This document shows positions 12,801 to 25,260 of a stretch of DNA of 64,000 bases, one piece after another. Made by a program: the position numbers and the translations under genes. A model generated the notes under the pieces. It was not told the DNA's origin. It was given only the letters and a program-made list of their open reading frames with translations, and searched no databases. Source of the stretch: Schizochytrium sp. TIO01 (taxonomy: Eukaryota; Protista; Bigyra: Labyrinthulomycetes); contig SMSO01000036.1 of the NCBI GenBank assembly GCA_004764695.1, positions 992,001 to 1,056,000 on the forward strand, read 5' to 3'. How positions within the stretch are numbered: the first letter of the stretch is position 1; every line of letters begins with the position of its first letter.

Positions 12801-15339
12801 TGCCGCTTCTCTGGCAGAAGTGCAGCAGGGCGTCGATGCAGAATCCCGCAAGCTCGAAAGTGCTCTTGAAGATGCCGAGGCTGCTCGCGAACAAGCTGAG
12901 GCCGCTCGCGAACAAGCTGAGACTGCTCGCCAACAAGCTGAAGCTTCTTGCAAACAAGCAGAAGTTGCTCGCGAACAAGCTGAAAATGACTTAAAAGAAC
13001 TCGAGCAAGACTTAGAGAATACCACTACGATGCTGAATCAGGAAATCGAATCTCTGCGGGTGCAGTTACTTAGTGCAGCGCATACAACATCTGGCGAAAA
13101 GGGCGATCAAGAAAACCGCCTTGCGCGTCTTTTGCAGGACCTGCATGAAGCAAATATGCAACTTGAGTCAACTGAGGCTCGCCATGCTGAAGATCTCGAG
13201 AATTGGCGGCAGGAGCAAGCACGGTTACGCGAGGATCTCTCAAACAGGGATGAAGATTTAGCTGTGCAGTTGAGAACTGCGCTCCGTGAAGCTACGGAAT
13301 TGCGAGAAGAGAGGGGAAGTCTGAAGCGTAATTTGGAGTCAACAAGGGAAGATGTCGCAAACCACAAAGCGAAGGTTGAGAGCTTACGTGCAGAGTTGCA
13401 TGGAGCGTTGGAGGATGCGCGTGCTTCGAGAGACGAACGAGACCAACTCCGCCAAGAGACTGAAAGACTCAGACGCGAATCTGCGCAGGCAGAGCATGAT
13501 TCTTCGCAACAACATGAACTGTCGTCAATGCAGCGCTCTTTGTATGCACTTCAGGCACAACAGCGTAAACTCGAAGCTGAGCGTAAACAGGCTCAGGAAA
13601 ATGAAGAAGTTGCAATTCAGGATGCCGAGAGCATCAGTCAAGAACTTGCACGAACTAACAAGCAGCTTCTCGAAGAACAACGTCGTGCTGCGACTTTGGA
13701 GCGAGCCCAGCGCCAATTCAGTAATCGTGAAGCATTCTTAAATTCTCGTGTGTCAGATCTGGAAATCGAGTTGGAGGACTTACATAACAAGGCCGACACT
13801 CAGGAAGAGAAAGTTCGTAAATTAAGCGACAGGTGCAATAAGCTTGAAAAGGAACGCAGTATTGTCATTACAGAACGCGACAGACTTCTCGAACAGAATA
13901 AGGAGTTGGAAGATTCTCTTTCCGCATTAAGCATGACCAAGTCAACCTCTAGTGATATGGAGCGTCGTCAGCGAAAACTAGACGTTGAGCGACAACAGCT
14001 GGATGAAGAACGCCGGGCTATGGATAAGGAAAAACGCAAGATTGATGAGCGAGCAAAGGCAGTTAAACAGCAACTCCTACGCATTGAAGAGCGTATCCGT
14101 CGGGAAGGGAAATTCAATAGTGAGAATGATATGTCAGAGGTAAATGCGGCTTCCTTTTCTCGAATGGGAGGGCGTATTTCCACTCCAAATAAAGAAGAGG
14201 TCCTTGCTTCCGCAACATATTGGAATGATGGTGCCGAGGAAGAGCGAAAGGCCTTTGATGCAGCACGCGACATCCTTCATACCCAACATCGAGAGCTCGA
14301 AGATCAACGTACTCGACTGGGCAAGCAACAGGATACGTGGCGGGAAACCGAGGGACGCTCTTCATTTGCAATCAGCAAGGTTGGCAGCATTCTAGAGCTT
14401 CAAGAGGATGAGTTGACAGAAACGTTGCGCGAGCTCTCGCAAAAGCTAGAGTGGCTTCAAACTGTATCGGAACTGCACGAGAAGGTTTCCAAGAGTGCCA
14501 TGGCGCTACTCGAGCACCCAAGTGATTCCGATCTTCGTGCAAACTTTCTGCAGAACCTTGATGAGTACCGTGCAGAACAATTTTTTGTGGAAGACCAGGA
14601 TCGTGGCGATGAGGGAAATTTGTATGGTGTAGCTGATGAAAATGAGTCTTTATTTGGCAACTCTAACCAGCACGACCGCTATGCATCGTTCGGCCCCTCT
14701 CATCGAATGAATAACAATTCGCGACTAGGGGGGGCAGCCATGAACGTGCCTCCTCCCCCAGTCCCACCTGGGCCTGCAAGCTATGCTTACCCTGTATACC
14801 CGGCACACACAATGCCTTTGCAGCCGATGTTCATGCCTGCGCGGCACCCGACTGGATCAACTGTGGTTTTTGTAAATGAGAATGGCCAAATCTTGCAAGA
14901 GTCGACTATTCAACCTGTCATGCATGTGCCTCGGTCTCGGGCTTTCCGTGGCTCAGGGAATAACCATGTAGAGAATGGTTACAACAGAATGGAGGCTATG
15001 CAAGGTTACGGGCTCGGGCCTGAGACTTCTCCAGTGCCAAGTGCACCATTACACGAAGTTTCTATGTTGCCTGAGGAGGTGCGATTGATGGAATCGCGAT
15101 GGAATGAACAGCAAGCCTTTGCACAAGAGCACTCTCAATGGCTGATGAATTTCCGCAGAGACCTTGAGCGTGTTTCATCCGTGCCCTCTGTAGTCTCTGC
15201 CTCGAGCTCGTCTTCGAGACGCGGAACGCTTAAATCCGAGCACCGGCGCTCACGTATTGTGCCACCCAAACGCGCCCGACAACGTACACGACGAGATCTC
15301 CCACGCACATATATACCAGATTTTGAAACAAAGATTTAG
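9881..15339 (+). CDS. CEP164: Centrosomal protein CEP164-like (WW plus long coiled coil); exons 9881-10093 and 10338-15339 with a +1 frame break at ~12365; ~1737 aa if corrected
   Basis: Same CEP164 N-terminal/WW signature, with the intron at 10094-10337. Exon 2 is in frame with ORF 10497-12374. Coiled-coil E/Q/L/R/K composition continues seamlessly into the overlapping ORF 12355-15339. Confidence 0.85.
9892..10405 (+). repeat. Copy 2 of the 514-bp direct repeat
   Basis: Near-identical to 5850-6363. Confidence 0.95.
10094..10337 (+). other. Spliceosomal intron (244 nt, phase 0)
   Basis: GTAAGT...TTAAC...TAG; same position as the paralog's intron. Confidence 0.9.
12880..12984 (+). repeat. 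Coding 21-bp minisatellite x5 (AAREQAE heptads) in the CEP164 coiled coil
   Basis: Consensus GCTGCTCGCGAACAAGCTGAR; five degenerate copies. Confidence 0.9.
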
Positions 15340-15556
15340 GTGAGCGCTGTTGTACCTTCACTGCACTACTAGATATTTGAAACTCAGATAAGTAAACACT
15401 GATTGTTTTTGTCACATGATTTTATTATAATACTGCAGGGCTCCGATAACCCCTGATATAAGAACTTTTCCATGCTAGCCTATTAGATCTCTCTAAAAGA
15501 ATGCAAGAGGGAACCCATCGTTTAAAATGTTTTATAAAACTAATATAAAGATCAAA

Positions 15557-16930
15557 CTAGATCGCAAATGTTCCTGGGCCAAGCCATTTTGCTGGCTCTG
15601 TGTGTCTCAAGGTAGCATTGAGCTCACGTTTCAACGGCGCCTCATATGGTTCTTGACATCTAAAGAGCTCGTCACGATGCTTTGCATCCTGCCTGGCAAG
15701 AAGTAGCTGTGCTTTCTTGCGCGCTTGTATTACCTCCCGACGGCGCATCACTTCAAAGTATTCTGCCTTAGTAAGTTTAATTGTAAATTTGGCAATATAT
15801 TTGCCATTTCTTTCCTGGTCGGTAAGCTCTTGGTCCTTTTTAGGGATACTCACCTTGAGCATCGGGGATGCTTGCATAAGCTTAGCTTTGGCAAATGGAG
15901 ACGTAAATGGTAAACCAAGTTCGTTAACTTCTGACTGATGTGCAGCTGCATACGAAAGCGCTGCAACAAGATCAGCTTCTTGAGACGGGTCTAGACGGGT
16001 TCTGAGCATGGCTCCTTGAGCTTTTCCTTGAATGCGTTGCCTTCTTTCCCAAGGATATAAGGTTGCATCTTGAGAAGGTTTAGATGATGGCGGTGATGCT
16101 GGTGAGGGTTGTGCAGAGGCCATACGAGAGTCTTGTACTCCAATAAGACGAGTCTGATCTGGTGATGACATGGTTGGGCCATCGCTCTGCGGCCTTGAGT
16201 TAAAGGAAGCATACTCATGCATAAATGTGTCTGCTACTTTAAGAGAGGGGCCTGTAGCATCCACTTTTAATTCCCCAAAGCTTTCAAGGCCAGCGTTTGG
16301 GCAAGAATTATTAGCTATCTTGTTGTGATTATCACGGTTACTGCAAAAGCTGAGTCTGCTTTCTTCGTCGATAGTAGAATCCTCATCACTGCTCTCTGTA
16401 TATTCATGTTCTTTGTCCTCGTCCTCATCTACGTGATCATCGTCCTGATCCTCTTTACTCTCTTCGTGAAAGCTATGTTGTGGATTTGAAGAAAAAGATG
16501 CCTCCAGAATCTTTGCTGATGCTTCGGATTGCAAGGCTTCTAGCAACCTGATCCTCATTCGTTCGATGAGCTTGCTTCTCGAGTCTTCTTCATTATCGAG
16601 ATAAAAGGCCTGTAATTCGTCTGCACGGAAGCTTATATGTTGATAAAGAGCTTCGCTCGGCGCTTTTCGGTACACGCTACAGATAAGATTGACCTCATCC
16701 TGCAATAAGGGAATAGTTTTCAAGGACAGTTGTGACCACATGAGCTGCTGGCTGTTCTTGTTCATGTCTTTGCTGCTCTTTGTTATATCCTGTACATTTT
16801 TGGGGTTATAAACGTCGACGAAGTCATGACACAACTCTGATTTGCTGTGATGTACATGCGTCGCTTTTGCTGGTTGTGGATGACTTGACGTTCGCAACCC
16901 GGGTGCTCGAGGCAGGGAGGTTGTAGGCAT
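15557..16930 (-). CDS. Hypothetical protein, 457 aa (acidic/Ser-Pro linker, basic helical C-terminus)
   Basis: Long ATG-started ORF with protein-like composition, convergent with CEP164; no family recognised. Confidence 0.75.
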   Translation of the reverse strand: MPTTSLPRAPGLRTSSHPQPAKATHVHHSKSELCHDFVDVYNPKNVQDITKSSKDMNKNSQQLMWSQLSLKTIPLLQDEVNLICSVYRKAPSEALYQHISFRADELQAFYLDNEEDSRSKLIERMRIRLLEALQSEASAKILEASFSSNPQHSFHEESKEDQDDDHVDEDEDKEHEYTESSDEDSTIDEESRLSFCSNRDNHNKIANNSCPNAGLESFGELKVDATGPSLKVADTFMHEYASFNSRPQSDGPTMSSPDQTRLIGVQDSRMASAQPSPASPPSSKPSQDATLYPWERRQRIQGKAQGAMLRTRLDPSQEADLVAALSYAAAHQSEVNELGLPFTSPFAKAKLMQASPMLKVSIPKKDQELTDQERNGKYIAKFTIKLTKAEYFEVMRRREVIQARKKAQLLLARQDAKHRDELFRCQEPYEAPLKRELNATLRHTEPAKWLGPGTFAI

Positions 16931-18756
16931 TGCAAAGTAATCAGCTCCGCACCACCTTTCGACTCGTGGTGAAGGTCCTCGTTAGGATCAATATATTGTC
17001 GCCTTGTCTACACAGAGGGGGCTGTTGGTTCGCCCTTTGCTCATGTCTATCTCGCGATTGTCTGATCTGCTGGTGCTCAAAACAAAGAACTTAAGCTCAA
17101 AACTGGTTCCTTGTGTATTTCTGCAAAACACTGATTTCTTTTCTTGGGAAGTTACAAGCCTACTATTAATCGATATTGAGACGGTAGTCGCAACTTCTTC
17201 TTGAGGTAGTAATGAAAAAAATTAAATTAAAAAAGTATGACGGATCAAGCATCTAGCAACTACATGAGAGAACCTTGGAAATCAGAGAAGAAGTAGTACA
17301 CACTACGCTTCTGCTAATTGAGGTAATCATACTATTATCTCAATACGTACGAAGGAGAATTGACTACCTACAAGTACGTAGTTTTATTTTCAATTAGAAA
17401 GTTTCCATTGGAATAGCCGTTGGGTCACATCGTGCACGATAATTCACTCGTCAGCTTTTATGCAGATGATGGGAAATAAACTAATAGCATGCTTATCAAT
17501 CTACCGAAGGCTCAACTCATCTTTTGCTAATCCTTCTTTGTGTCCAGACACTGTGTATGCTAAGCGATGAGACTATTACTGCTGTTATTTTGCACTCTTA
17601 TTCGCGAATGATTCGATGTTAGTAGGAAAAGACCGTGAATGCTTACCATGTGTGTGTTTCTCGATGAGTGATGATTTAGTGCCTGGATGATGTTTAGCAT
17701 ACCTGTCTAATCTTAAACAGCTGGTAATCAAATTGGTGCATAAGCCAAAATGACGAGCATTTACGCTAGTCAGAGGCTAGTCCAATGAAGCACTTTCTTA
17801 GTTGAGTAGAAAGTAGGGTAAGGAAACTAATTCAATTGGCTGGTAAAGAAAATCCGGATGATTAAACTCACGGGTATTTCGGTACTCTGGAAGGAAGTGT
17901 TGGGGATGCAAGGGAGGTTCTCCAATTTTCGGAAGTCAAGAATTTATCGGGCAAAGCACAGCGGAGTAAAATAGGAAATATCCGCCAAAATATCCACAAG
18001 GCATTCTAGTTTCCCAAGGAAGAGGGGTGGTAAATCTAAAAGACCAAACTTGCTCGTTTATGGTTTTTTCTTCATTCAGCTTGCCACCTTTAATGGACTA
18101 AGCGATGTGAAGGGTAAATAACTATATCATCAAGGCGAGGCATCGAGGAGCGCAAGAGGGGCCGATATTGAATCGTCAATGTCTTGGGCTGCTTTTGCGC
18201 TCTATAATTGTAGCAGTAGTATGTGTGTGCGTAAGGTGTTTTCGCTTCGTACGAAGTCTTTATAATAAGTAAGGGGGGCGAGATCTTCTCTGCGGGCAGC
18301 AGACAGGTGACTCAAAATGTACACTAAAGATCTTCGAAAAAAGACAAGGGCGCGTGCGCACGAAAATAAATGAAAACAGGCAGCCGAAGCTGTTATCGTA
18401 GCGGTGTCTCCTTGCAGCGTGCTTGGTCTACACAAACACGGCGTGCGAGGTAAAGACCTTTCTCTACCCAATCCACTGTAATCTATCTCAGCCAACGACG
18501 TGTTGATGGTTATTTTGAGATCGCTCTGTTTCGAGAGCACTTTCAAAAAACCAGCTTTGATTCGTCTAGCTTGCTAAAATGAGACAACATCCAAAGGGAT
18601 TGCGAGGAGAAGGGCCTGTGTTTGTGTTCTTTTGTATCAAAATGTGAGAATTGAATGCCCGATTATTTTGGTAACATTGCTAAGAGAAATGCAGTGCACC
18701 ATGAATCTGAGTTATGCGGGCAGCAGCGGCGGCGTGGGCGGCGGCGACGGAGACAC

Positions 18757-20184
18757 CTAGAAATTTGTGGAGCCAAAGATGGAATCCATGTCCGAGATGG
18801 TCGGTACGAAGCCATCGTCATCATTGACGAGGCCAAGAGAGTGGGACCGCGGAAGCGGTAGAGGAGCAATGGTGATAAGCGGTGACGGGTTAGGCTTTGT
18901 ACGTTTGTACATGCGAGGTTCGTCATTAAGGACGTAGAACTCATCGAGCTGGCGCTTCAAAGAGCGGTTCTCTTCTTCGAGAGCGTCAATGCGGCGAGCA
19001 GAGTCAATAACGGTCTCGTTGTACCGTTGGATCTGTCGTTGAAGTACGCGAAGCTTGTCGTGAACCTCGTGAAGAATCGCGTTAGTCTGAGGATCATACT
19101 GTGGCGCTACCGGAGCTACTTCAACGGGGGCTTCTCGCTGATTCATAAGCCCCGATTCGCTTGAGCTTCTCGAGCTATTCGACAAACCTCTGGCTACAAC
19201 GCGGCGTCCTCTCGAAGTCATCGCACGGGGCACGTACTCAGGATCGTCATCCTCCTCTTCTCCAGACGAGTGCGCTGAGTATTGCGAAACGCTCGCTCCG
19301 CACTTGTAATTGCCACCGTTGATGGTACTGGCATTGACTCCACTGCTCACTTCATCGCGATGGCCGTGATGGTTATGATGAGATGCGTACATGTGGATAT
19401 CCACAGGCGTCGGGTACTGTTCCTCCAGGGCTTCCATACCCGCAAGCTCCCGAACGTGTACATTCATATTGTTGCAGGCTGTCTCCGCTTGGGCTTCCTT
19501 GCCAAGGACTTCATTCTGTCGAACTGCAAGATCTTCGAGTTTTCTACGTTGCTCACTCTCATGAGCTCTCTCGCTTGCGCGTAGCCACTTGCGTTTCGAC
19601 AACACTAGCGTGGGTCTCGACTCAGCTTCCGCGACATCTTCTTCGCTGGCGCCTTCGATACCCACACGAAGTCTAAATTGTTTCCCGTCATGGTTGCGAG
19701 ACAACTTGAGAATGCGGTACCTTACAGATCCCGCGCATGATTCAAGACCGCACGAAGCAGCAGCCTCCTCAGGCTTGCCCTTCCCGCCTGCGCCACCAAG
19801 CACTTGCAGTGCTGGTTTGCCGAGACGCGTAGGCACAGGGCTTCCGTCTTCGTAGACGAGTTCGCAACGCAGAGGCAGACGACCTTCCGTGTCAGCGAGG
19901 GCTTGAAGGCGCGGTGAAGGTCCACCTGGACCACAACGCAGCACAAAAAAGAGGCAGAGATAGTTGAACTTGCCACCCTCGTCGCGGAAGATTGAAGTTG
20001 CGGGCTCCAGAGTCACCTCGAGACGGGCTGTAGAGCTGGGACTCATGCTAGCCGCGCAAGAGGGTTCAAAGGAAGTAGAAGGCAGCAGGGTTGGGGCCTG
20101 ATGGAGGATGCCGCTCATCGCGTCGTCGTCGTCAGTGGAGACGCAAAGGCCGGAGGCAGCATCATCGTCAGAAGAGGACGTCAT
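18757..20184 (-). CDS. Putative transcription factor with an Ig-fold/beta-sandwich DNA-binding domain (CudA/velvet/CBP60/Rel-like) and a C-terminal coiled coil
   Basis: 475-aa ORF with motifs FRDEGGK, LVYEDGSPV, VRYRILKLSRNHDGKQFRLRV and EAESRPTLVLSKRK, which resemble the 'F.I..VS.NH..Q.F.L.......S.PI.V.SKR' pattern. A leucine-zipper-like segment, RIDALEEENRSLKRQL, follows. Confidence 0.65.
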   Translation of the reverse strand: MTSSSDDDAASGLCVSTDDDDAMSGILHQAPTLLPSTSFEPSCAASMSPSSTARLEVTLEPATSIFRDEGGKFNYLCLFFVLRCGPGGPSPRLQALADTEGRLPLRCELVYEDGSPVPTRLGKPALQVLGGAGGKGKPEEAAASCGLESCAGSVRYRILKLSRNHDGKQFRLRVGIEGASEEDVAEAESRPTLVLSKRKWLRASERAHESEQRRKLEDLAVRQNEVLGKEAQAETACNNMNVHVRELAGMEALEEQYPTPVDIHMYASHHNHHGHRDEVSSGVNASTINGGNYKCGASVSQYSAHSSGEEEDDDPEYVPRAMTSRGRRVVARGLSNSSRSSSESGLMNQREAPVEVAPVAPQYDPQTNAILHEVHDKLRVLQRQIQRYNETVIDSARRIDALEEENRSLKRQLDEFYVLNDEPRMYKRTKPNPSPLITIAPLPLPRSHSLGLVNDDDGFVPTISDMDSIFGSTNF

Positions 20185-20589
20185 TGGAGAAGAGCGGGAA
20201 TCTTTTCAAAGATGTGAAGACGAGAAGGCTTTGAGAAAGCTAGAACTACTTTTAGGAGTTCCTTATGGTGGTGCAAGAAGCTCGGTTCTATCTAATTCGG
20301 CCTTTGGTAAAAAGGGCCAAGGCTAGCACAAGGGGGTGAGCGAAGTTCTGGCGCCCGGAGTCTTTGGGCAATCTTCCTTCGTCGTCGCAAGGTTTTGAAG
20401 TAACCTGCGTCGATGTCGAACGACTCGCGTTGTAAATCTCTCGTGGTCTCGGCGCTGCTGAGTTTCTGGTTTGCTTGCTGCGCCCCTTCAGTCAGTCAGC
20501 TCCCTGTACAAACTACTGAGGAAATACGTAGTTCTACTCCTACTTGTTATGGCTGCTAAGTACTACTGAAGGCAGGAGGGAGCAGAAAG

Positions 20590-20933
20590 CTGGTAAGAAT
20601 AAAAACTTCAAAAACAAAAATAAAAACAATTATAATTATGAAAATAAAAACATTTTAAAATATTTAAAAACATTCTAAAATAAAATAAATTTTATTTATT
20701 TGTTTATTTGTTTATTTGTTTACTTATATATTATTACAATTGTTATTTCATAATAGTGTGCTTTGACCTTATCTTTCTATTGAAGAATTGAACTGAGTTT
20801 CATTTTAAATTTTTTTTTTAAAAAAAAGCAATTTTAAAAAGTAGGCATCTGTTTTGTTTGCCATTTTAGAATAGTAGGAATACATTTCTTTAATAATACA
20901 TATATTGTTAAAGAATAGTGACACATAAAATAC
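20590..20933 (-). other. Probable 5'-UTR intron of the transcription factor gene
   Basis: AT-rich island. On the minus strand it is bounded by the donor GAG|GTATTT (20933) and a T-rich tract ending CTTACCAG (20590). Confidence 0.45.
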
Positions 20934-22977
20934 CTCTTCTGTGTGCAGCTTTAACTGCGCTAGGAGCCGACTAGCAACGTTTTCTCCTCTCCTGCCCGCT
21001 ATCACTGCTGGGTATTTCGCGTTCAATGGCACCTGCTGGGGGCCCTTTGAGAGTCTACGCCGACCGCCGATTCTTCCCACAGTCTACTCTCCTCGCTAGG
21101 GCATGCTCCGTATTCTTGGGAGTTCACATTGGTGGCGCATGAGGACTGTGGGTGTACCGATCCCCCATAGCTCCCGCACCCGAGCCCCGCAGTGACCCCG
21201 CACCGTCTGCGTTCTGTAGCTCAAGAGGTAGCTAGCTGGCTAGGTAACCAAAATAAAGTAGTACATCAGCAGTGAGTGGGGTGTGCTCCTTTTGGCCTTT
21301 TGCAGACAGATGGATCACAGCGACGTAGAGCACATCGACATCGACTCGCGAGGTGCTGCAAATGCGTTCTTTTGCACAACGCACTCCGCTGACAGTTCGA
21401 TGATCACCTTTTCTCCATGGATCCAGTGGCATTCGTACAAGTATCGCCTTTATTCGTGGTCATATCCTTCCATCCGCGACGGCCCGTGAACTGAGGTGTG
21501 AAGGAGGAAGGAGCCTCTTCTTCTCTGCCTTTTTATTGCATATACATACATGACATACATGATCTTTTGGGGGCTAAAACCGACCTCTATCTTTCAAACT
21601 CGAGATGATTTTCAAGTTGTTTGGTACATGCATACATATATATATACATACATATATTTGGTGAAAAGCCAATGAAACAATCCGTACAACTTCTTTCCTC
21701 TCTCTCTCTCGCCTAACGCTGTACCACATTCCATGATATGATGGCTTCATCTACATACTTCAAAATAAGAATTCAAAAAATCATTCATTTCGGTTTCTTC
21801 TCTTTATCTTTTTACTAATAATCTTGAAACTGCTTACAATGTTGGTTGCATAAAAAACAAAAAGTAATCAACTTTTGAAAAGAACATCTTACGTAGACAT
21901 CCCCTTCTCAAAAAGCCTACGCTAACTCTTTCATTCCTTTTAAAGGAGAGTTTATTCGATGAAAGAAGAAGAAGGAAAAGAAAAAAAAGTGTGTGTTCGT
22001 ATAAAAGTACTTAAATTTAACTTTCAAAGTAAAAATTTCAAAAAATTAAAATTCGAGATTTAAAATTAAAGACCATCTCATCATCGTGGAGCCCAAATGG
22101 GTTCCACGTGGTCATCCTCGCGGTCCTCCGGCTGCTCGCGCGGGCGGGCGTGCGGCGGCGGCGGCGGTCCCGGGAAGCGCTGCCGCCGGATTCTGCAGAC
22201 CCCCGCGCCGCAGCCGCAGGCCCCTCCCGCAAGCCCGCAGCCTCGCCGGGACCCGGCTTCAAACCCACTTGGCGGGCAGCGGAACCGAGGAACCGCCTGC
22301 CAAGCAAAGCACACCCGCGAGGCGCATTGCACGCACTGCCGCCGCCAACCCAGGTTTGCTCTGAGCAGCGCGGCGCAGACCAGCCCGGCTAGCTTCGAGG
22401 TCACGCAGTCCACGCCGCTCGGACGGGTCCTCCTCTCCGGCCCCTCTCCGGCCCTCGCGAGCAAGGAGGCGGCGGCATCCGAGCGGAATCCGCGACTTGG
22501 CCCTCGCTTGTGTGCTCGCTGAGCTCTATACTCCGCGCGACTTGGACTTTCGACGGCCACGGCGCAACAAACGCATGGAATGTGTGAAGGAAGGGCCACC
22601 TCAGGCTTGCGCGAGGAGCTCGAGAAGACGCATCAAAAGGCCTCGTGGGATGGGGTCAGCCTGTGGGAACGAGAGGCAAAGCAGCAGCATCGAAGGGAGG
22701 TAGGTGCGAGTTCGCCTTCATTTTGGGCAGCTTTCTCTCATGTGGTTCTTCTTGGTTATGCTGCTGCTCGAGACGTGCTGCGGTCGATCTGTTCGCGCCT
22801 CTGCTTGATTCGCTCACGGGAGCTAGTTACCGAAGTGCCTCATCGCGCTGCATGAGACCAGGGGCTGTGCCGAGGTGCCTCCAAGGCCAGGAGTTCGCAC
22901 ATCCGTTTCTTCTTCTTCTTCTTCTTCTTCTTCGCGAACCAGTTCTGGAGAAATCCTACCATATCTCCAGCGAGCAA

Positions 22978-23070
22978 TGCATCCATCCATCAATCGATCT
23001 GTTCAATCAATCAATCAATCAAATCAAATCGAATCAAGCAAGCAAGCGAGCGAGCGAGCGAGCGAGCGAG
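22978..23070. repeat. Compound tetranucleotide microsatellite (ATCC, ATCA, AAGC, GAGC)
   Basis: Read directly. Confidence 0.9.
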
Positions 23071-24951
23071 GGTCCGAGTCGAGTTCTAAGCTCCAAACCC
23101 AGCAGCCTTTAGTTCTGTCGAGCCTCCTCGAAGACAGATCATCTGCACACCAGCACACACACACAGACTCAGACTCAGACTCAGACACAGGCACAAGTTT
23201 CAAGAAGATCTTGGAGTTCTTCTTTCTCTCCGCACGATGTTGGTCGTCATCGTCATCGTGATCGTCATCGTCATCGTGATCGTCATCGTCATCGCCATCG
23301 TCTCCTGAGCCTAGCTCTAGCTCCGGGCTGTTCCAAGACGATCCTGGTGCTGCTCCGACTTGGCACATGGAGCCTTGAATCAGCCAATCAGCCAATCAGC
23401 CAGTCAATCAGACAGACACATCCATCGGCTTCGCTTTGTGTACCTTCGCACCACCTCCATTCACTTCATCGTGGACCAAACCAAACCGAACGACTCGAAC
23501 TCGAGGTGTCTCGAACTCGAGGTGTCTGTCTGCGAAATTACAGCAGAGAGGCAGGCGAAGGAGTGCCAAAGAGGCGATTGCATCCATGCAGGTGCCTGGT
23601 CGCTCGCAATCAATGAATCATCCAATGAATGGATCAATCAATGAAACAATGAATCAATGAAACAATGAATCAATCAATGGATCATTGCTGTGGTGGACTG
23701 CCGTTTCCCTTTCCTTGTGCATCTTCGCCTGTGATTTGAGCACCTATTGATTGCAGCAGACGGATCGAGAGAACAAAGACGAGCGAAATGGAACGAAGAA
23801 GTTAGGTTTTTATTATATTATTATTATTATTATTATTATTATTGTTGTTGTTGTTGTTGTTTTAAATAAATTTAGATTTAAATTTAGTTTAATTTAAATG
23901 AACAACTTTGAATGATAAAGCGTGTTGTTCCTTTCTCTTTTTTCCTTTTTCCTTTCTACTTTTTCCTTTACAAAAACAGTAATAATAACATTTACACTGA
24001 ACAAACTAAAAGTACTCTTTCTCGTTCAACTCCTCCTCCTCCTCACAACCGGAAAGTTTTCTCTCTTGCATAAAGTAAAAACCCACGACAGGAGTTAATA
24101 ATAGGAGAAGAAGGACAAAGTGAGCGCGAACTGAACAAACCAAGGCAAGGAGAGATAAAAAAAGGAAAAAGAAAAAGAAAAAGAAAGGAAAGGAAAACAC
24201 CATCCTCCCTGTTACTATTGCCTATTATGAGCTTACGTACCTAATCAATCACACAGCGCTGAGTCTCTTCAGATTGGCGCACCATAGCCCCTCGCACGCG
24301 GCACATCGTTCGTGAAAAGCACGGGATAGGGGGTATCTTACGCACTCAAGGTTCTCTGCCCTGCCAACTATGGGGAATGGAGATGAATGGAGTATGTCAT
24401 GTCTGTCCGTCTATTTGACCCTTCGTCCCCATAGTTCCATCTTCAGTTCGACCTTGAGAGTGACTGAATGAAAGAAAGAAAGAGTGAATGAATGAAAGAA
24501 AGAAAGAATGTGAATGAAAGAAAGAATGAATGAATGAAAGAAAGAAGTGCGAGACCAAGATGGCGCTACCTGCGCACGCCCTTCATATGTTATGTATGTA
24601 TGTATATATGCATCGAATGAATGAACGAAAGGATCAAAATGAGGGCCTTGAAGAAGAAGAAGAAGAAGCTCACGAAGAGTTCTTTCCTGATCGAGCAAGT
24701 TCTCGAGCGAGTTCTCGCCGCTGTCTGCGGCGTGCCTAAGCAAGCTGACTGGGCGAGAGGTCGCAGTCGACGCTCCGTCTGACTGCTACCTAGACCGGCC
24801 TGAAGAACCAACCGTTGCTCGATCTTCAAGCCTCGTAATTTATTTCTTTTGGGATCTTCGCTCGCTTCCTGCTTCGCCTCGCTGGCTTCACAGAACCGCT
24901 GTGTACCTCCTATTCCCCAAACCTCGAGAACCTTAGCTATCGCTGAGCTCT

Positions 24952-24991
24952 CCTTCGAGAACTTCTTCGAGAACTTCTTCGAGGACTTCTT
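24952..24991. repeat. 12-bp tandem repeat x~3 (CTTCGAGAACTT)
   Basis: Read directly. Confidence 0.85.
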
Positions 24992-25260
24992 CAGGTATGA
25001 TGCAACCTGCGTACACCGCCATCGCCACCGCCAGCTCGAGCAGGCGAGCAGGCTCCGCGTGGCCATCCTCGCGGCGTTGCCGTTCTCGAGCGCAGCTTGC
25101 GCAGCCTGCCTGAGAAGCCGGGCGGGTTGGCGAGTAAAAGTTCTGCGCAACTCCGTTTGTTTCCGCGGCTTCGAAGCACAGCCGAGCACGACTTCGAAGC
25201 GAGTCTTCTCCATGCCTGCTTTCCAATTTCAAGATATTGCAAGAGAGGTATGAGGATTCC

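Noticed and set aside
20549-21100. ATG GCT GCT AAG TAC TAC TGA continuing across a putative splice into ~50 open codons (possible selenoprotein)
   Set aside because: No similarity to selenoprotein families I know, no SECIS identified, and the splice itself is unproven.
24952-24991. TTCGAGAA repeats as a heat-shock element
   Set aside because: Only two correctly spaced nGAAn units per repeat; the 12-bp period breaks the three-unit HSE.
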